The notes: generated by a model from the sequence alone, not told the origin. Counted from the stretch's first letter, positions 27,695 to 40,384 are shown. The stretch is 63,914 bases of DNA from Octopus bimaculoides (GCF_001194135.2 NC_068987.1:107177778-107241691); one strand, 5' to 3'. Program-made: numbers and translations.

Positions 27695-27885
27695 GGAGGT
27701 AGCGATCCGGCTGAATCACTAGTACAGCGGACAAAGTGCTTTGCGATACTTCGTCCTACTTTACGTTCTGAGCGTAAATTTCAAACAACTCCGGGTCAAT
27801 AAAATAAATCCCAGTTCAACGTTGGTTTAAAATGTAATCGAGTTAACCAGAAATAACTGGCCTTATGCTAACATTTCAAATCAAA
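27695..27885 (+). mobile_element. SINE family B, second tandem copy, diverged
   Basis: ggtagcga…ctttacgttctgagcgtaaatt…gggtcaataaaataa…tgtaatcgag…actggccttatgc. Confidence 0.6.
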
Positions 27886-28164
27886 TTACAGAATACAAAT
27901 TTAGTTTTCGTTTACAGGAAATAACGGGATTCACGGTAATTTGTCTACTCAATAAATATTGGCCAATGCACAGCAACAATAACAACGAAAAAAAAAAAAA
28001 ACCGTGGTTTTGCTATTCTAAAACAGAATTCTCTCGTGGAAAAATAAGTGAGAGTGGCCACTGGCATGTGTTTGAATGCCCAGGACATATTATATAATGT
28101 ACGAGGAACATAGCTGATTTATCAATTTCAATAAACCAAGAATGTATTTTAAGTTATCTATCTC

Positions 28165-28205
<41 letters not shown>

Positions 28206-28915
28206 ATACGTATATATNNNNNNNNNNNNNNNNNNNNNNNNNNNNNNNNNNNNNNNNNNNNNNNNNNNNNNNNNNNNNNNNNNNNNNNNNNNNNNNNNNN
28301 NNNNNNNNNNNNNNNNNNNNNNNNNNNNNNNNNNNNNNNNNNNNNNNNNNNNNNNNNNNNNNNNNNNNNNNNNNNNNNNNNNNNNNNNNNNNNNNNNNNN
28401 NNNNNNNNNNNNNNNNNNNNNNNNNNNNNNNNNNNNNNNNNNNNNNNNNNNNNNNNNNNNNNNNNNNNNNNNNNNNNNNNNNNNNNNNNNNNNNNNNNNN
28501 NNNNNNNNNNNNNNNNNNNNNNNNNNNNNNNNNNNNNNNNNNNNNNNNNNNNNNNNNNNNNNNNNNNNNNNNNNNNNNNNNNNNNNNNNNNNNNNNNNNN
28601 NNNNNNNNNNNNNNNNNNNNNNNNNNNNNNNNNNNNNNNNNNNNNNNNNNNNNNNNNNNNNNNNNNNNNNNNNNNNNNNNNNNNNNNNNNNNNNNNNNNN
28701 NNNNNNNNNNNNNNNNNNNNNNNNNNNNNNNNNNNNNNNNNNNNNNNNNNNNNNNNNNNNNNNNNNNNNNNNNNNNNNNNNNNNNNNNNNNNNNNNNNNN
28801 NNNNNNNNNNNNNNNNNNNNNNNNNNNNNNNNNNNNNNNNNNNNNNNNNNNNNNNNNNNNNNNNNNNNNNNNNNNNNNNNNNNNNNNNNNNNNNNNNNNN
28901 NNNNNNNNNNNNNNN

Positions 28916-28968
<53 letters not shown>

Positions 28969-29916
28969 TAGAAATGAATATACATGGACAAACGCAGTCA
29001 TGTACACACATACTGTCACACATCTATTCATTATGTACCCAGAAGCAGTGTAATGCATACATAGAGTCATTCACACAAACGTGCACATTATAAATAAATA
29101 TTCGAATCAAATAACATAGTATTTGCGGTGTACACATCCAACAACCCGGGAACGAAGAGTATTAGTTGAGATTTGAATGAGAAGGAGACAAACGCAATGG
29201 CTGAGTGTCCCAATGAAGAAAATCATAGAAATATTCCGACAGGGAAATATGCGCAAGCAGAATGGAGCCGTGGGTTGAACAACATTTTCAAGGGTAATGG
29301 AAAAGAGAAAAAGTGAAATATTTCTTAATAAGGCTTGAGAATCAAAGTCTTTTATAAGATTATTCTAAGTAATCTTCACTACATTCCCAGAGGAAGTTAT
29401 TATATTTAATCTCTAAATATTTATGGTAGGTGTTGGTAGATCAGTAACACCTAAATATTAAATCTCATAGAAGATCCGTATCATGCACTTTTCTATAAAA
29501 ATCTTAAGGAGAGAATTTTGTGATCAACAAACAATCTTAAGGCGGATTACTCCCTTAAAACATGTTACACTCAGTTCATAGAAGGAATTTATTAGAATAG
29601 CTAACTGCTGTTGTGATAGACAATCTCCCTTCAGTTCCATAGATACAAAGATATTCATCCACTTACGACATCCACACATATTAAGAACGCTAACATCAAA
29701 AACATACATAAATGTGGGTAGGCGTTTGAGTAGATGTGTAGGAATCAGTTGTAGGAGTGCAGTTTCCAGTTCGCTGTGATATAAAAAAAGATAGACATAA
29801 ACCAAACTCACACACGCACATTTATAGGTTTATACACATGTTAATCTATCTATTTACCTATCTATCTATCTGACTATCCGTCTCTTTGTCAGTCTGACAG
29901 TCTGTTTGTCTATCTA

Positions 29917-29953
<37 letters not shown>

Positions 29954-30153
29954 TAGAGAAATAGATAGATAGATAGATAGATATATATTCATACACATTC
30001 ACATGTACACACTCTCACACACAAACACGCATACACATATTTTTATCTCTTATCGAATTGGATAAGATCTTACGCTACTTCCCGCATAGGATCTTCAGGC
30101 AAGTTACAATTGAAAAATGATGGAATTTGCGCATGTATTACTCTCTCTCTCTC

Positions 30154-30214
<61 letters not shown>

Positions 30215-30217
30215 CCT

Positions 30218-30266
<49 letters not shown>

Positions 30267-30744
30267 NNNNNNNNNNTATCTATCTATCTATCTATCTATC
30301 AATCTATCTATCTATCTAGGGTTCGTGTCATGATGGAAAGAGACTATGATAAAGGCGAAAAAAGAAAAAAACGAAAGTAAGAAAAAAGATAGGGGAAAAA
30401 AGAAAGGAAAGTAAGAAAGAAGAAATAAGAGAAGAAATGGAGACAGTTGGAACACTACTATTCAAAGAATTTTTCGCTCAGAATCAACTTGGCACTAAAC
30501 AGCAACAAGCACATCTAATGAAACATGAATTCGTTTGAAATACACATTGAAACATGAATACTGAGAGAGGAAATATTTCTGCTTATGAAGTCTTCATTCA
30601 ACCTTCGCTGCCCGCTTCTGCCGAAGTATACAGGCCGAGGGAACCATTTCTGTAGCCATCATCAAAAGTACGAGGTTGCGATATTTCTACGTAGATTCTG
30701 TTGTTTCCGATTGAAGCGAAGGCATCTCTGATTTATCGTTTACC

Positions 30745-30930
30745 GTTTACTTGTTTTCAGACATTAACCGAATGAATTGATATCCATTGACATCAGCGCT
30801 TTTTTTTTCTTCTTAACACTTAGTAGTAATTCTATCGGTCCAATTTGCCGAACCGCTAATTGACGGATTTCGTAAACAAACCAACACCAGTTTTCAAGGG
30901 GCAGTGGTGGGGAGATTTCAAACACAGACA
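30745..30930 (-). mobile_element. SINE family A 3' half, diverged
   Basis: ttacttgttttcag…attctatcggtc…tttgccgaaccgctaa…aaacaaaccaacacc…aaacacagacaca. Confidence 0.65.
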
Positions 30931-31480
30931 CAAAGCACACACCATATATACACACTGATACGTACATACATGCATATATAAATGCATACATACATACATG
31001 CATACATACATACATACATACATACATACATAAATACGTATGTACACACAAATATGTTTGTATACATATATACGAAGCATCGCAAACTATTGTGTTTAAC
31101 ACTAAATCTCTCTCTCCCGTTTTATCTCGCTCAATCGCCTCTTTCTCTCATTTATCACCTTTCTTACACATTATCTCTTTACGCATCTCTCCCGTTCGTC
31201 CTTTATTGCTTTCTTGCTTTCCAAAATGTTCTGTCTGTCTGTCTGTTTATCTATCTGTCTGTTTATCTGTCTGTCTGTTTATCTATCTGTCTGTTTATCT
31301 GTCTGTCTGTTTATGTGTCTGTCTGTCTCTGTCTTTGTCTGTCTATCTATCTGTCTGTCTGTCTCCCTGTTTTTCTTTCTTGCGCTTTATTTCTTTCTAA
31401 TTTGGTGTTGCATTCTCGTCTTTTCTTTGCTCTCCCTCTTTTATTCCGCTTTGTCTTAGAATCTCCGTCTCTCTCTCTCA

Positions 31481-31512
<32 letters not shown>

Positions 31513-31917
31513 AGCAGTCTTTAGAGACCCCCTTTGTCGCATAATCTTTCTTGACCCCCCCCCCCCNNNNNNNNNNNNNNNNNNNNNNNNNNNNNNNNNN
31601 NNNNNNNNNNNNNNNNNNNNNNNNNNNNNNNNNNNNNNNNNNNNNNNNNNNNNNNNNNNNNNNNNNNNNNNNNNNNNNNNNNNNNNNNNNNNNNNNNNNN
31701 NNNNNNNNNNNNNNCCCCCCCCTTAGAATCTGTATATCTCTGCCTCTCTATTTAAATCTTCTCTTCTCTGAAACACTATTTCTCACTCTCTCGATATCAA
31801 TCTTTCATTCACAATCTCTCTTTCACTCTTAGATTACTTGTTCCATCCCCTTTCTCTCCCTCTCTCTCATACACATACACACTCTCATTCTCTCATACAC
31901 TCACACACACACATATG

Positions 31918-31961
<44 letters not shown>

Positions 31962-32656
31962 TTCTCTCTCTCTACCTGCCTGTCTGATTGTGTGTGAGTG
32001 TCTTCCTTTGTCAGTACCATCTTCATTGCGGTTCAAAATCAAATAAAGTGCAGCATACTCTCAGACAGGCAATTAGTTTCCCAGCTAATCGCTACCATCT
32101 GCCTACTATGTAGATTTGGCCTTTGACAAAGCATTTAGCACAGGTCAAGTTTAGATAATAGTCTCTGGATTTCTAAAGCTGAAGAAGCGCGGATATTTCC
32201 GAAAGGTAAATCACCTTATCGATTCGCGTTGAAATTTGGATAAGCAGATGAAAGTAGATATAACACTTAATTTCGGCCAACGTGTTGTTTTCACCTTTTC
32301 ACCTAAATATTTAAAAATAGAACTTTCAGAGATTGCACTAAATTGGAGTAGAAGAGAGTGTGAAGAATGTGTTAACACAAATAATTCTAAGCCATGAGAT
32401 AAATGGTCGGAGAAAAAAGAAGATAATACTGAAAGAGGGAAGATTGGAAGGCAGAGGGAAGATTGGAAGGCGGTGGAAAATGAGACGGTCGGACAGACAT
32501 ACCGTCACACAGACGGAGACGCAGTCAGATACGAGGCTGGTGTCTGAGGATATAGAAAGCATAATATGATTAGAGTAAAAGACAGATAAAATGTGGAGGC
32601 TATATTTAAACCTATCTCACCTATCTCTACGGTTGTGTAAGTACGTTACACACACA

Positions 32657-32695
<39 letters not shown>

Positions 32696-33012
32696 CTACA
32701 CACACACACCCATACACACACACACACACAAACATGCACACATACACACAAACAAACACACACACACACGCACGCGTACACACACATATACAGAGAGAAA
32801 GCGAGAGAGGGAGAGATAGACAGATAGACAGACAATCAGAGGTCGAAACGGAGAGTCAAAGAGATAAAAGAGAGATAGATAGTTGGATACATACATATAC
32901 ACATCAGGCTGAAGAGGAATAGACAAATGGTAAGAATTTGTTAAATCCGAAACCGGTTCCTGTTTAAGAATGCATTTTTAGGTGATTTTAAATGTCTTGC
33001 CCGGTCACGGTT

Positions 33013-33422
33013 TGGTATGCTGCTATATGTCATGTTGAGAACAATTTAGGTCTTAATAGACACAAGATGTGATCTATTTCTAGCGCATTAATTGTCCACG
33101 TTAGTGGTCGATGTTATTTTAAAAAATGTACCTTAATCCCCTGAGATTGCAGATAATATTTCTGAATCTCTTTGATTCTTTAGATGTGCTGGCCTCCTGA
33201 TAATTAATCGATATTAATTAATATCGATTAATTATCAGGAGGCCAGCACATCTAAAGAATCAAAGAGATTCAGAAATATTATCTGCAATCTCAGGGGATT
33301 AAGGTACATTTTTTAAAATAACATCGACCACTAACGTGGACAATTAATGCGCTAGAAATAGATCACATCTTGTGTCTATTAAGACCTAAATTGTTCTCAA
33401 CATGACATATAGCAGCATACCA
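33013..33422. repeat. Perfect 410-bp palindrome (205-bp arms, no spacer) running into a gap
   Basis: 33013-33217 is the exact reverse complement of 33218-33422 by manual comparison; centre …cgatattaa|ttaatatcg…. Confidence 0.95.
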
Positions 33423-34031
33423 NNNNNNNNNNNNNNNNNNNNNNNNNNNNNNNNNNNNNNNNNNNNNNNNNNNNNNNNNNNNNNNNNNNNNNNNNNNNNN
33501 NNNNNNNNNNNNNNNNNNNNNNNNNNNNNNNNNNNNNNNNNNNNNNNNNNNNNNNNNNNNNNNNNNNNNNNNNNNNNNNNNNNNNNNNNNNNNNNNNNNN
33601 NNNNNNNNNNNNNNNNNNNNNNNNNNNNNNNNNNNNNNNNNNNNNNNNNNNNNNNNNNNNNNNNNNNNNNNNNNNNNNNNNNNNNNNNNNNNNNNNNNNN
33701 NNNNNNNNNNNNNNNNNNNNNNNNNNNNNNNNNNNNNNNNNNNNNNNNNNNNNNNNNNNNNNNNNNNNNNNNNNNNNNNNNNNNNNNNNNNNNNNNNNNN
33801 NNNNNNNNNNNNNNNNNNNNNNNNNNNNNNNNNNNNNNNNNNNNNNNNNNNNNNNNNNNNNNNNTATATATATAGTGAGAGAGAGAGGGGGAGAGGAAGA
33901 CAAAGGGAGAGAGAGATAGGTAGAGAGAAAGATAAATAGATAGATAGACTTCTCTAAGCAAATCATTTTGTATATGTGATGGGAGAGGGAACAACAGAAA
34001 CAGACACAGAGAAGAGAGGGAGAGGGAGAGG

Positions 34032-34075
<44 letters not shown>

Positions 34076-34347
34076 AAGAGAGTAGAAAGATATTGATATG
34101 TTTGCATAAGTATATATGTATAAATCTATATCCGTGACTTTTTGGGTGTGTGTGCATAAATATAGATGTTTCAGTATCATAGACATCGTCAGCGTTGCTT
34201 ATAAGCGTTTAGTTATTCCGTCACCTGAATTACCGACGCATTGCTGTCAAGATGTAAATAGTAGAGTTTTTTTTACAGTCACTTGAAACCTTGGCTAAAT
34301 TCTCGAATGGAATTACCCTGACAATGTGTAATTTACTACAATTTTCT

Positions 34348-34720
34348 TTTACTCCTTTCTGTCATTGGAATGCAGCCATGATGAAACACCACAGTGAAAG
34401 TTTTAGTCGAGCAAATCGTCCCCAGTATTTAAGGTTTTTGTTTATCACTGATTCATAATTCATCAGTACCTTTATCGGGAATGTAAACACATTAATACAA
34501 GTTAGCAATTGTTACGGTTTGTATGAAAAACTGACAAATACAGATGCAAAGAGCACACATACACACATATATAACATGCTTCCGGATAGTTTCCCCTTGC
34601 TACATTCACTCACAAAGCAATAGCTTGGTGCTATAGTAAAAAGAACACTGGCGTAGTCGAACTCAGCCCAAAAGATGTTGGTTGCAAAGCGAGCCTCTTA
34701 ACGATACCTTTCTGCCTAAA
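34348..34720 (-). mobile_element. SINE family A, highly diverged
   Basis: tgtcattggaatgcagccatg…ttagtcgagcaaatcgtccccagta…cactcacaaagc…ctatagtaaaagaacac…gttgcaaagcgagcctcttaac. Confidence 0.6.
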
Positions 34721-35866
34721 ACAAAGAGTATATATATTATAAGATCTAGGAGAATTTCTTTTAGATTTCTTACTATTGTTTATTAATTCCATTACTGCAA
34801 AATATGAGTCAAATAATAGATATGCTAACATCTAGAGCAGAATGCCATATTGGACTCTAGTAACAACACACTAAATGGAAACTGGCTTGTTTGTTCCCTG
34901 TGAAACAATGGCTTGCAGCCAAAGACAAGTAGGCAACTTGCTACCACACTTGCAACATATTAATGGAGCTTCAGGCAAAATAGTGGCAACGTCTTTTATG
35001 CACATACATAAGGTCTGTACTTCATTTGTCTTATACTCACAAACCATTTCGAAAGAAACAGAGTTTTCATCATAGTTTAACTGAAAAAAAAAGGTTTTTA
35101 TATTAAATCAGAAGGACACTATCTTCAAATTACGAAAGAGTCACCTGAGTATTTTGTTTCACATAAATGGAAACTTTACCTTGAAATTTTTATAAGTCAG
35201 ACACACAAGGGAAATATATCATAACAAAATGTCTCTAAAAGTTTTCAATATTATATTCGTTTTATGCATAGATATTTGTTTTCCATTTAACTAATTCTCC
35301 TATATCATGATGTATTCGATAATCTTACATAGTTTATAATTGAAAATTAGATTTTGAGCGGTTACACTCGAATTTCATTTTCTTGTGCATTGGGTTGTTT
35401 TCGATTACATTTACATTTTTCTCCCTTTTCTTTCATTGCGGAATATGAATGAGAATTACGTAACAAAGGTTCATTAGATAAAATTGAATTGCATCGCTAT
35501 TTTTGTTTATGCGTTTATTGATATATTTCATACACACAGACAAATCATTCTTGTACGTATACATCGAATTCTTTGAACAATACATAAGTATTTTTGTCAT
35601 ACATTTTAGATATATCTATTTACCTTTACATATGCACCTAATCAAATGCTTCATTTGTCTTCCATTTTTTAATGTTCCTTTTGGAGGTTTACATTTTCAT
35701 TGTATTTTATCTCAGAATTAGTGATATAAAATTCTGAATTTAGAAATTTGAACTGCCAATTACAATACTAAAGAATATTTAGATCCCTTAATTTTTGTAT
35801 GGGTTTCCATTCACATTTCCCATTATTCATTACAGCGAAATATTTAACTTAATTACTTATGCTCAT

Positions 35867-35867
<1 letters not shown>

Positions 35868-35945
<78 letters not shown>

Positions 35946-35990
35946 TGTGTGTGTGTCTGTGTCTGTGTGTGTGTGTTTGTGTGTATGTAT
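35868..35990. repeat. (GT)n microsatellite
   Basis: Direct reading. Confidence 0.95.
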
Positions 35991-36001
35991 ACATAACAAA
36001 G

Positions 36002-36157
36002 AAATTCTTTCCGTTTCCGTCTACGAAATCCATTGACTAGGTTTTGATCTGCATGACATTATAGTAGAATAAAGTGGCCCAAGGTGCCACGAATTAGGGC
36101 TGATCCCGAAACCATGTGGTTAAGAAACAAACTTCTTCCACACAGTCATCACTGCAG
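36002..36157 (-). mobile_element. SINE family A 5' half
   Basis: tttccgtctacgaaatcca…cccaaggtgccacg…cccgaaaccatgtggtt…cacacagtcat. Confidence 0.8.
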
Positions 36158-36427
36158 CAATGCCTGTGTATAAACAATTCGATCGTATTATAGAAACGTT
36201 GAGTAATAAGAATATATTTTCTCTTTCAAGAAGCTATTCGAATGCAAATGTAGCTATGAATAAGCAACCTCATAAGATACCTATCTTCATATATATAAGT
36301 ATATATATGTATATATTTATATATATATANNNNNNNNNNNNNNNNNNNNNNNNNNNNNNNNNNNNNNNNNNNNNNNNNNNNNNNNNNNNNNNNNNNNNNN
36401 NNNNNNNNNNNNNNNNNNNNNNNNNNN

Positions 36428-36458
<31 letters not shown>

Positions 36459-36572
36459 ATTTGTATATACATACATAAATATTTGTATATATATACACAC
36501 GCGTATAGGGATATCCACTCAAAAGTCGATATAAATGTACCCATGCATTCACACACACACGCACACACACAC

Positions 36573-36605
<33 letters not shown>

Positions 36606-37728
36606 CATATATATATATATATATATACATACATACATACATAAGCTAATATGGACAGATAGATATGACAGGCAGGTATGAATATATGAATTATATTATG
36701 GAGTGTCTGGTTATATTTTGATGCAAATAAATGTTGATTACTATTCAGCAGACACTAGTGAACTTTTGAATTCGATTAGCTACATTCGCCATAATCGAAT
36801 CGTAATATGGCACCTCTTTTTTGAGGTAGGTTACTTACGTAACTACAAATGGAAAAATAATTCCGCATAAAGCTTTCAAGTATAAACAATAAACACCAAT
36901 GTCACAAAATTACGTTAAGACTCAAAGAAACAGAATCATCATCGTTGTTCCTCCGAGTGTTAGGTTCTTTTGCTATATCCTATTTTCTAATGATGCAATG
37001 TTCATAACTGTGTTTCTTTAAATCATAATATTATGCGATTAAGTCTAACGTCAGTGCATTTTTGTGAAGCAAGAACATCTTCGACGCAAAACAACTCTGT
37101 CGTATGAGATCATCGTAGAAATAACAACTAAACTCCAGTCAAACAACAGTTTACCAATTAAAGTAAGAAAACCACGCTTGGAGAATACAGTTTTGGGAAA
37201 TTTCCTTGAATTTGATATGAGATGCTGACGGCTCTGTAATACTTTGATCATATCATATGTTACCTTATGTGTGTGTATGTGTGTGTGTGTGCGCGTGGGT
37301 CTATCTGTATGCGTGTATGTCCTTTGTGTGTGTTGTGTGTGTGTGTGTGTGTTTCTGTGTATATATGTGTGATTTGTGTGTATGTTTGATGTGTGTATGT
37401 TTTTGTTTGTGCGTGTGCTTGTATGTGTGTGCGTGTGCGTGACAGAGAGAGAGTTAGTGTGTGTAAAATAAGACTATAAATGCCAGCAGTCCTAGGTTTA
37501 GCAAGACATACAGCAAAGTTGAAACGTTAGGCCTTAGTATCGAAGCTGCACAAATAAGGCAACCGATGAATGGTAGCAGTCTGTATATTTCTAGCAAATT
37601 ACTGATCATATTACATAGTTGCTGGACCAACTAAAATGCCAATAAAATCACCATTAGGCTACCCAAACAACTGCTATCTTTACAAACAAATGCATTAAGT
37701 AATGCTGTTCATTATGTACCCTCTTAGA

Positions 37729-37935
37729 GGCGGCGAGGTGGCTCAAACGTTAGGACGCCGGACAAAAGACGTAGCATTTCATCTCTCATTACGTTTTGAG
37801 TTCAAATTCTTCCGATGTTGACTTTGCCTTTTATCATCTTGAGTCGATAAATTAAGTACCAGTTGTGCACTGGGGTTGGTGTATTTGACTAATTAACATC
37901 TCACTAAAATTTCAGGCCTTTTACCTATCATAGAA
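37729..37935 (+). mobile_element. SINE family B, full-length
   Basis: ggcggcgaggtggc…cgttaggacgccgg (A-box-like), ttgagttcaaattc (B box), gactttgcctttta…gtcgataaattaagtaccagttgtgcactgggg…aaatttcaggcct. Confidence 0.85.
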
Positions 37936-38679
37936 AGTATTATATAATAGATCAGAAAAAAAAAAGAAACAACAAAGCCCCCTGGTTACAGCTGAAGCGT
38001 TATTGATCATAGAAATAGATCGATTCGGTTAGACTCAATCTGTTTCAAAACTGCAGCAATCGTAATAACGTGTATAGGATGAAACCGCTAAGGGGTCTCT
38101 TAACGTGCTTCAAATAGCTATCAAATCTTCATAAAATCGGGTTTATAAAAGCAAACCCGTATTTGGAACGGCTAAATAAATCGAGAAGAAGCTTCAATCC
38201 AGTCTACCAATCGGCTACAAATACTAAAAGCATTCATTAAATCGCATGTTAGACTCATAAAATAAATCAAGAACGTCTGATGCAGCATTAAGAACGCATA
38301 TCATACCAAAAGAATGAGTTTGGATAGTCAAGTGTGAAACGCTTTTGATGATAGTACTGAAGGAACAACGGCACTAGAAGCGAACCAAAAGGACAAATTC
38401 AATTCTGTTATTAAGCCTTCTTGTATAATTGGCAAAGGTGTCTCACTTTATAATATACTGTCTTAAAAACGGAAACATCTATTAGTGAATATACATTATT
38501 GAACGAAGATTGAAATAAAAATTGACGATTTCAGTTGAAATGCCTTTAGTCATACGAATGTCTATCCTTTAAGGGTTAAATACAAACTGAAAAAATAAGA
38601 GCAACAATAAGTATGGACATCATCGAAGATTTATAGTAAAGCACGAAGCAAAAATTATAGAATTTGATTAGTGGCGTGA

Positions 38680-38845
38680 AGGTGGTGAACCAGCAAAATC
38701 ATTAGATAGTGGGAAGAATATATTGCAGCATTTCTACTGGTTCCTCCGGTTCTGGGTCCAGTTTTCACCGGGGTAAATATTGCTTCTAATCACTTCGGGT
38801 TCAATAAAGTAGCGTAACGACCAAATAACTTGAGTTGATGTTATC
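38680..38845 (+). mobile_element. SINE family B, highly diverged
   Basis: ggtggtgaaccagcaaaatcattag…gcagcatttc…gttctgggtcca…cttcgggttcaataaa. Confidence 0.45.
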
Positions 38846-38994
38846 CCCTGAGCTCCGTACCTCGAAGGTTTTGGTGTGATGTTTACATTAGAAACGAATA
38901 TAATCAAGCACATTCCATGTCTGATCGTATTGTCTATATTTCTTTTCCTCCAAATACGTCTACATACGATTAGGAAATGCGACTATTTTCCATG

Positions 38995-39270
38995 CACAGT
39001 TCTATATTTAAGAGATGAGGAATTATGTACATTATTTATATTATTTACAATTGACGGATATTTGTCCTCATCTTGTCTGTTGTTTACACAACGTTTCGGC
39101 TGATATACCCTCCAGCATTCATCAGGTGTCTTGGGGAAATTTCGAAACTGGGTTCTCATTTCTAAGGTATTTTTCGATGTTGTTATTATTATTACTATTC
39201 AGGTTACTGCCTGGAATCGAACTCGAAATCTTGGGGTGAGTAGCTCGCAGTCTTAACCATTACGCCATAT
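38995..39270 (-). mobile_element. tRNA-headed, hammerhead-bearing segment (PLE terminal repeat or PLE-derived SINE)
   Basis: Minus strand: atatGGCGTAATGGttaagactgcgagctactcaccccaagatttcGAGTTCGATTCCaggc (A box ~39266-39257, B box 39224-39213), a short (AAT)n, then a hammerhead motif, then an AT-rich tail. Confidence 0.75.
39086..39129 (-). ncRNA. Minimal type-I hammerhead ribozyme motif
   Basis: ACAC-CUGAUGA-a-u-GCUG-gaggguauau-CAGC-c-GAA-ACGU-U-GUGU: stem I ACAC/GUGU, intact CUGAUGA and GAAA core, stem II GCUG/CAGC, palindromic ACGU stem III, predicted cleavage after GUU. The stem II closing pair is a U-C mismatch. Confidence 0.75.
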
Positions 39271-39575
39271 AACTCAAAATAATGGTAGAGGAACATCGCA
39301 TAGCTATGACACGAGGAGGTATTGATAAATCGGGTATAGCTGATCATGAATGGGAAAATGGAGACCACACCTGTGGGATGAAGTTAAAATAATAGATAGA
39401 GAACACCGCTGGAAAATACGAAAACTAAATGAAGCAGCACATATGCTAGGACACAACAACCTCCTAAACAGACCGAGTGCAGATGTGAGCAGCATATGGG
39501 AACCGGTATTATGGAAGGATAGGAGAATATTAGATTTATAAGCCCTAAAATTCACACCATAATTGCCCACGCGGA
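39271..39575 (+). mobile_element. Penelope-like element GIY-YIG endonuclease C-terminal fragment
   Basis: LKIMVEEHRIAMTRGGIDKSGIADHEWENGDH / LWDEVKIIDREHRWKIRKLNEAAHMLGHNNLLNRPSADVSSIWEP (one frameshift; overlaps ORF 39350-39541). The EH…KS.IA.H…W..V.IID.E..W..R..EA.H pattern is typical of PLE endonucleases. Confidence 0.85.
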
Positions 39576-39579
39576 TATA

Positions 39580-39985
39580 CCGTGCTTATTTATCGTAGGT
39601 CTTTACCGGGGTTATTTTCCGTAGGTTTTTACCGGGGCTATTTTCCGTAGGTTTTTACGGCAGTTATTTTTCGTAGGTTTTTTACCGGGGTTATTTTTCG
39701 TAGGTTTTCACCGGGGTTATTTTCATAGGATTTTAGCAGGGTTATTTTTCTTAGGTTTTTACCGTGGTTATTTTTCGTAGGTTCTTACCGTGGTTATTTA
39801 CCGTAGGTTTTTACCGGGTTTATTTTTCGTAGGCCTTTACCGTGGTTATTTTTCGTAGGTTCTTACCGTGGTCATTTACCGCAGGTTTTTACCGGGGTTA
39901 TTTCCCGTAGGTTTTTACCGTGGTTATTTGCCGTAAATTGTTTTACCGGGGTTATTTATCGTAGGTTTTACCGGGGTTATTTTTA
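39580..39985. repeat. 26-bp minisatellite, ~15-16 copies
   Basis: Unit accggggttatttt(t/c)cgtaggttttt; e.g. units start at 39605 and 39631. Confidence 0.92.
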
Positions 39986-40201
39986 GGAGGTGGTTTTGTT
40001 CCCACGGATAACTCTAGTCAGTGTAATATTTTCTCACCCTTCTGGGAATTCTAATTGTTAAAAAACATCACCTTGTCATCTATTTGTGTACACGCCTTTT
40101 CTTCGATCCATTTTGATCGATTTCAAAAACGAATAATTCTACATTGTACTGTCCTCTTTGTCTTAACCCAGGGTGGCTAAATAAGAATATCTATCTATCT
40201 A

Positions 40202-40255
<54 letters not shown>

Positions 40256-40384
40256 NNNNNNNNNNNNNNNNNNNNNNNNNNNNNNNNNNNNNNNNNNNNN
40301 NNNNNNNNNNNNNNNNNNNNNNNNNNNNNNNNNNNNNNNNNNNNNNNNNNNNNNNNATATATATATCACCGAAAACAATCATTA

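Noticed and set aside
39205-39270. Functional tRNA gene
   Set aside because: A/B boxes are present but there is no closed acceptor stem or oligo-T terminator; treated as a retroelement head.
39580-39985. CRISPR array
   Set aside because: Contiguous tandem units with no unique spacers, no cas genes, eukaryotic context.
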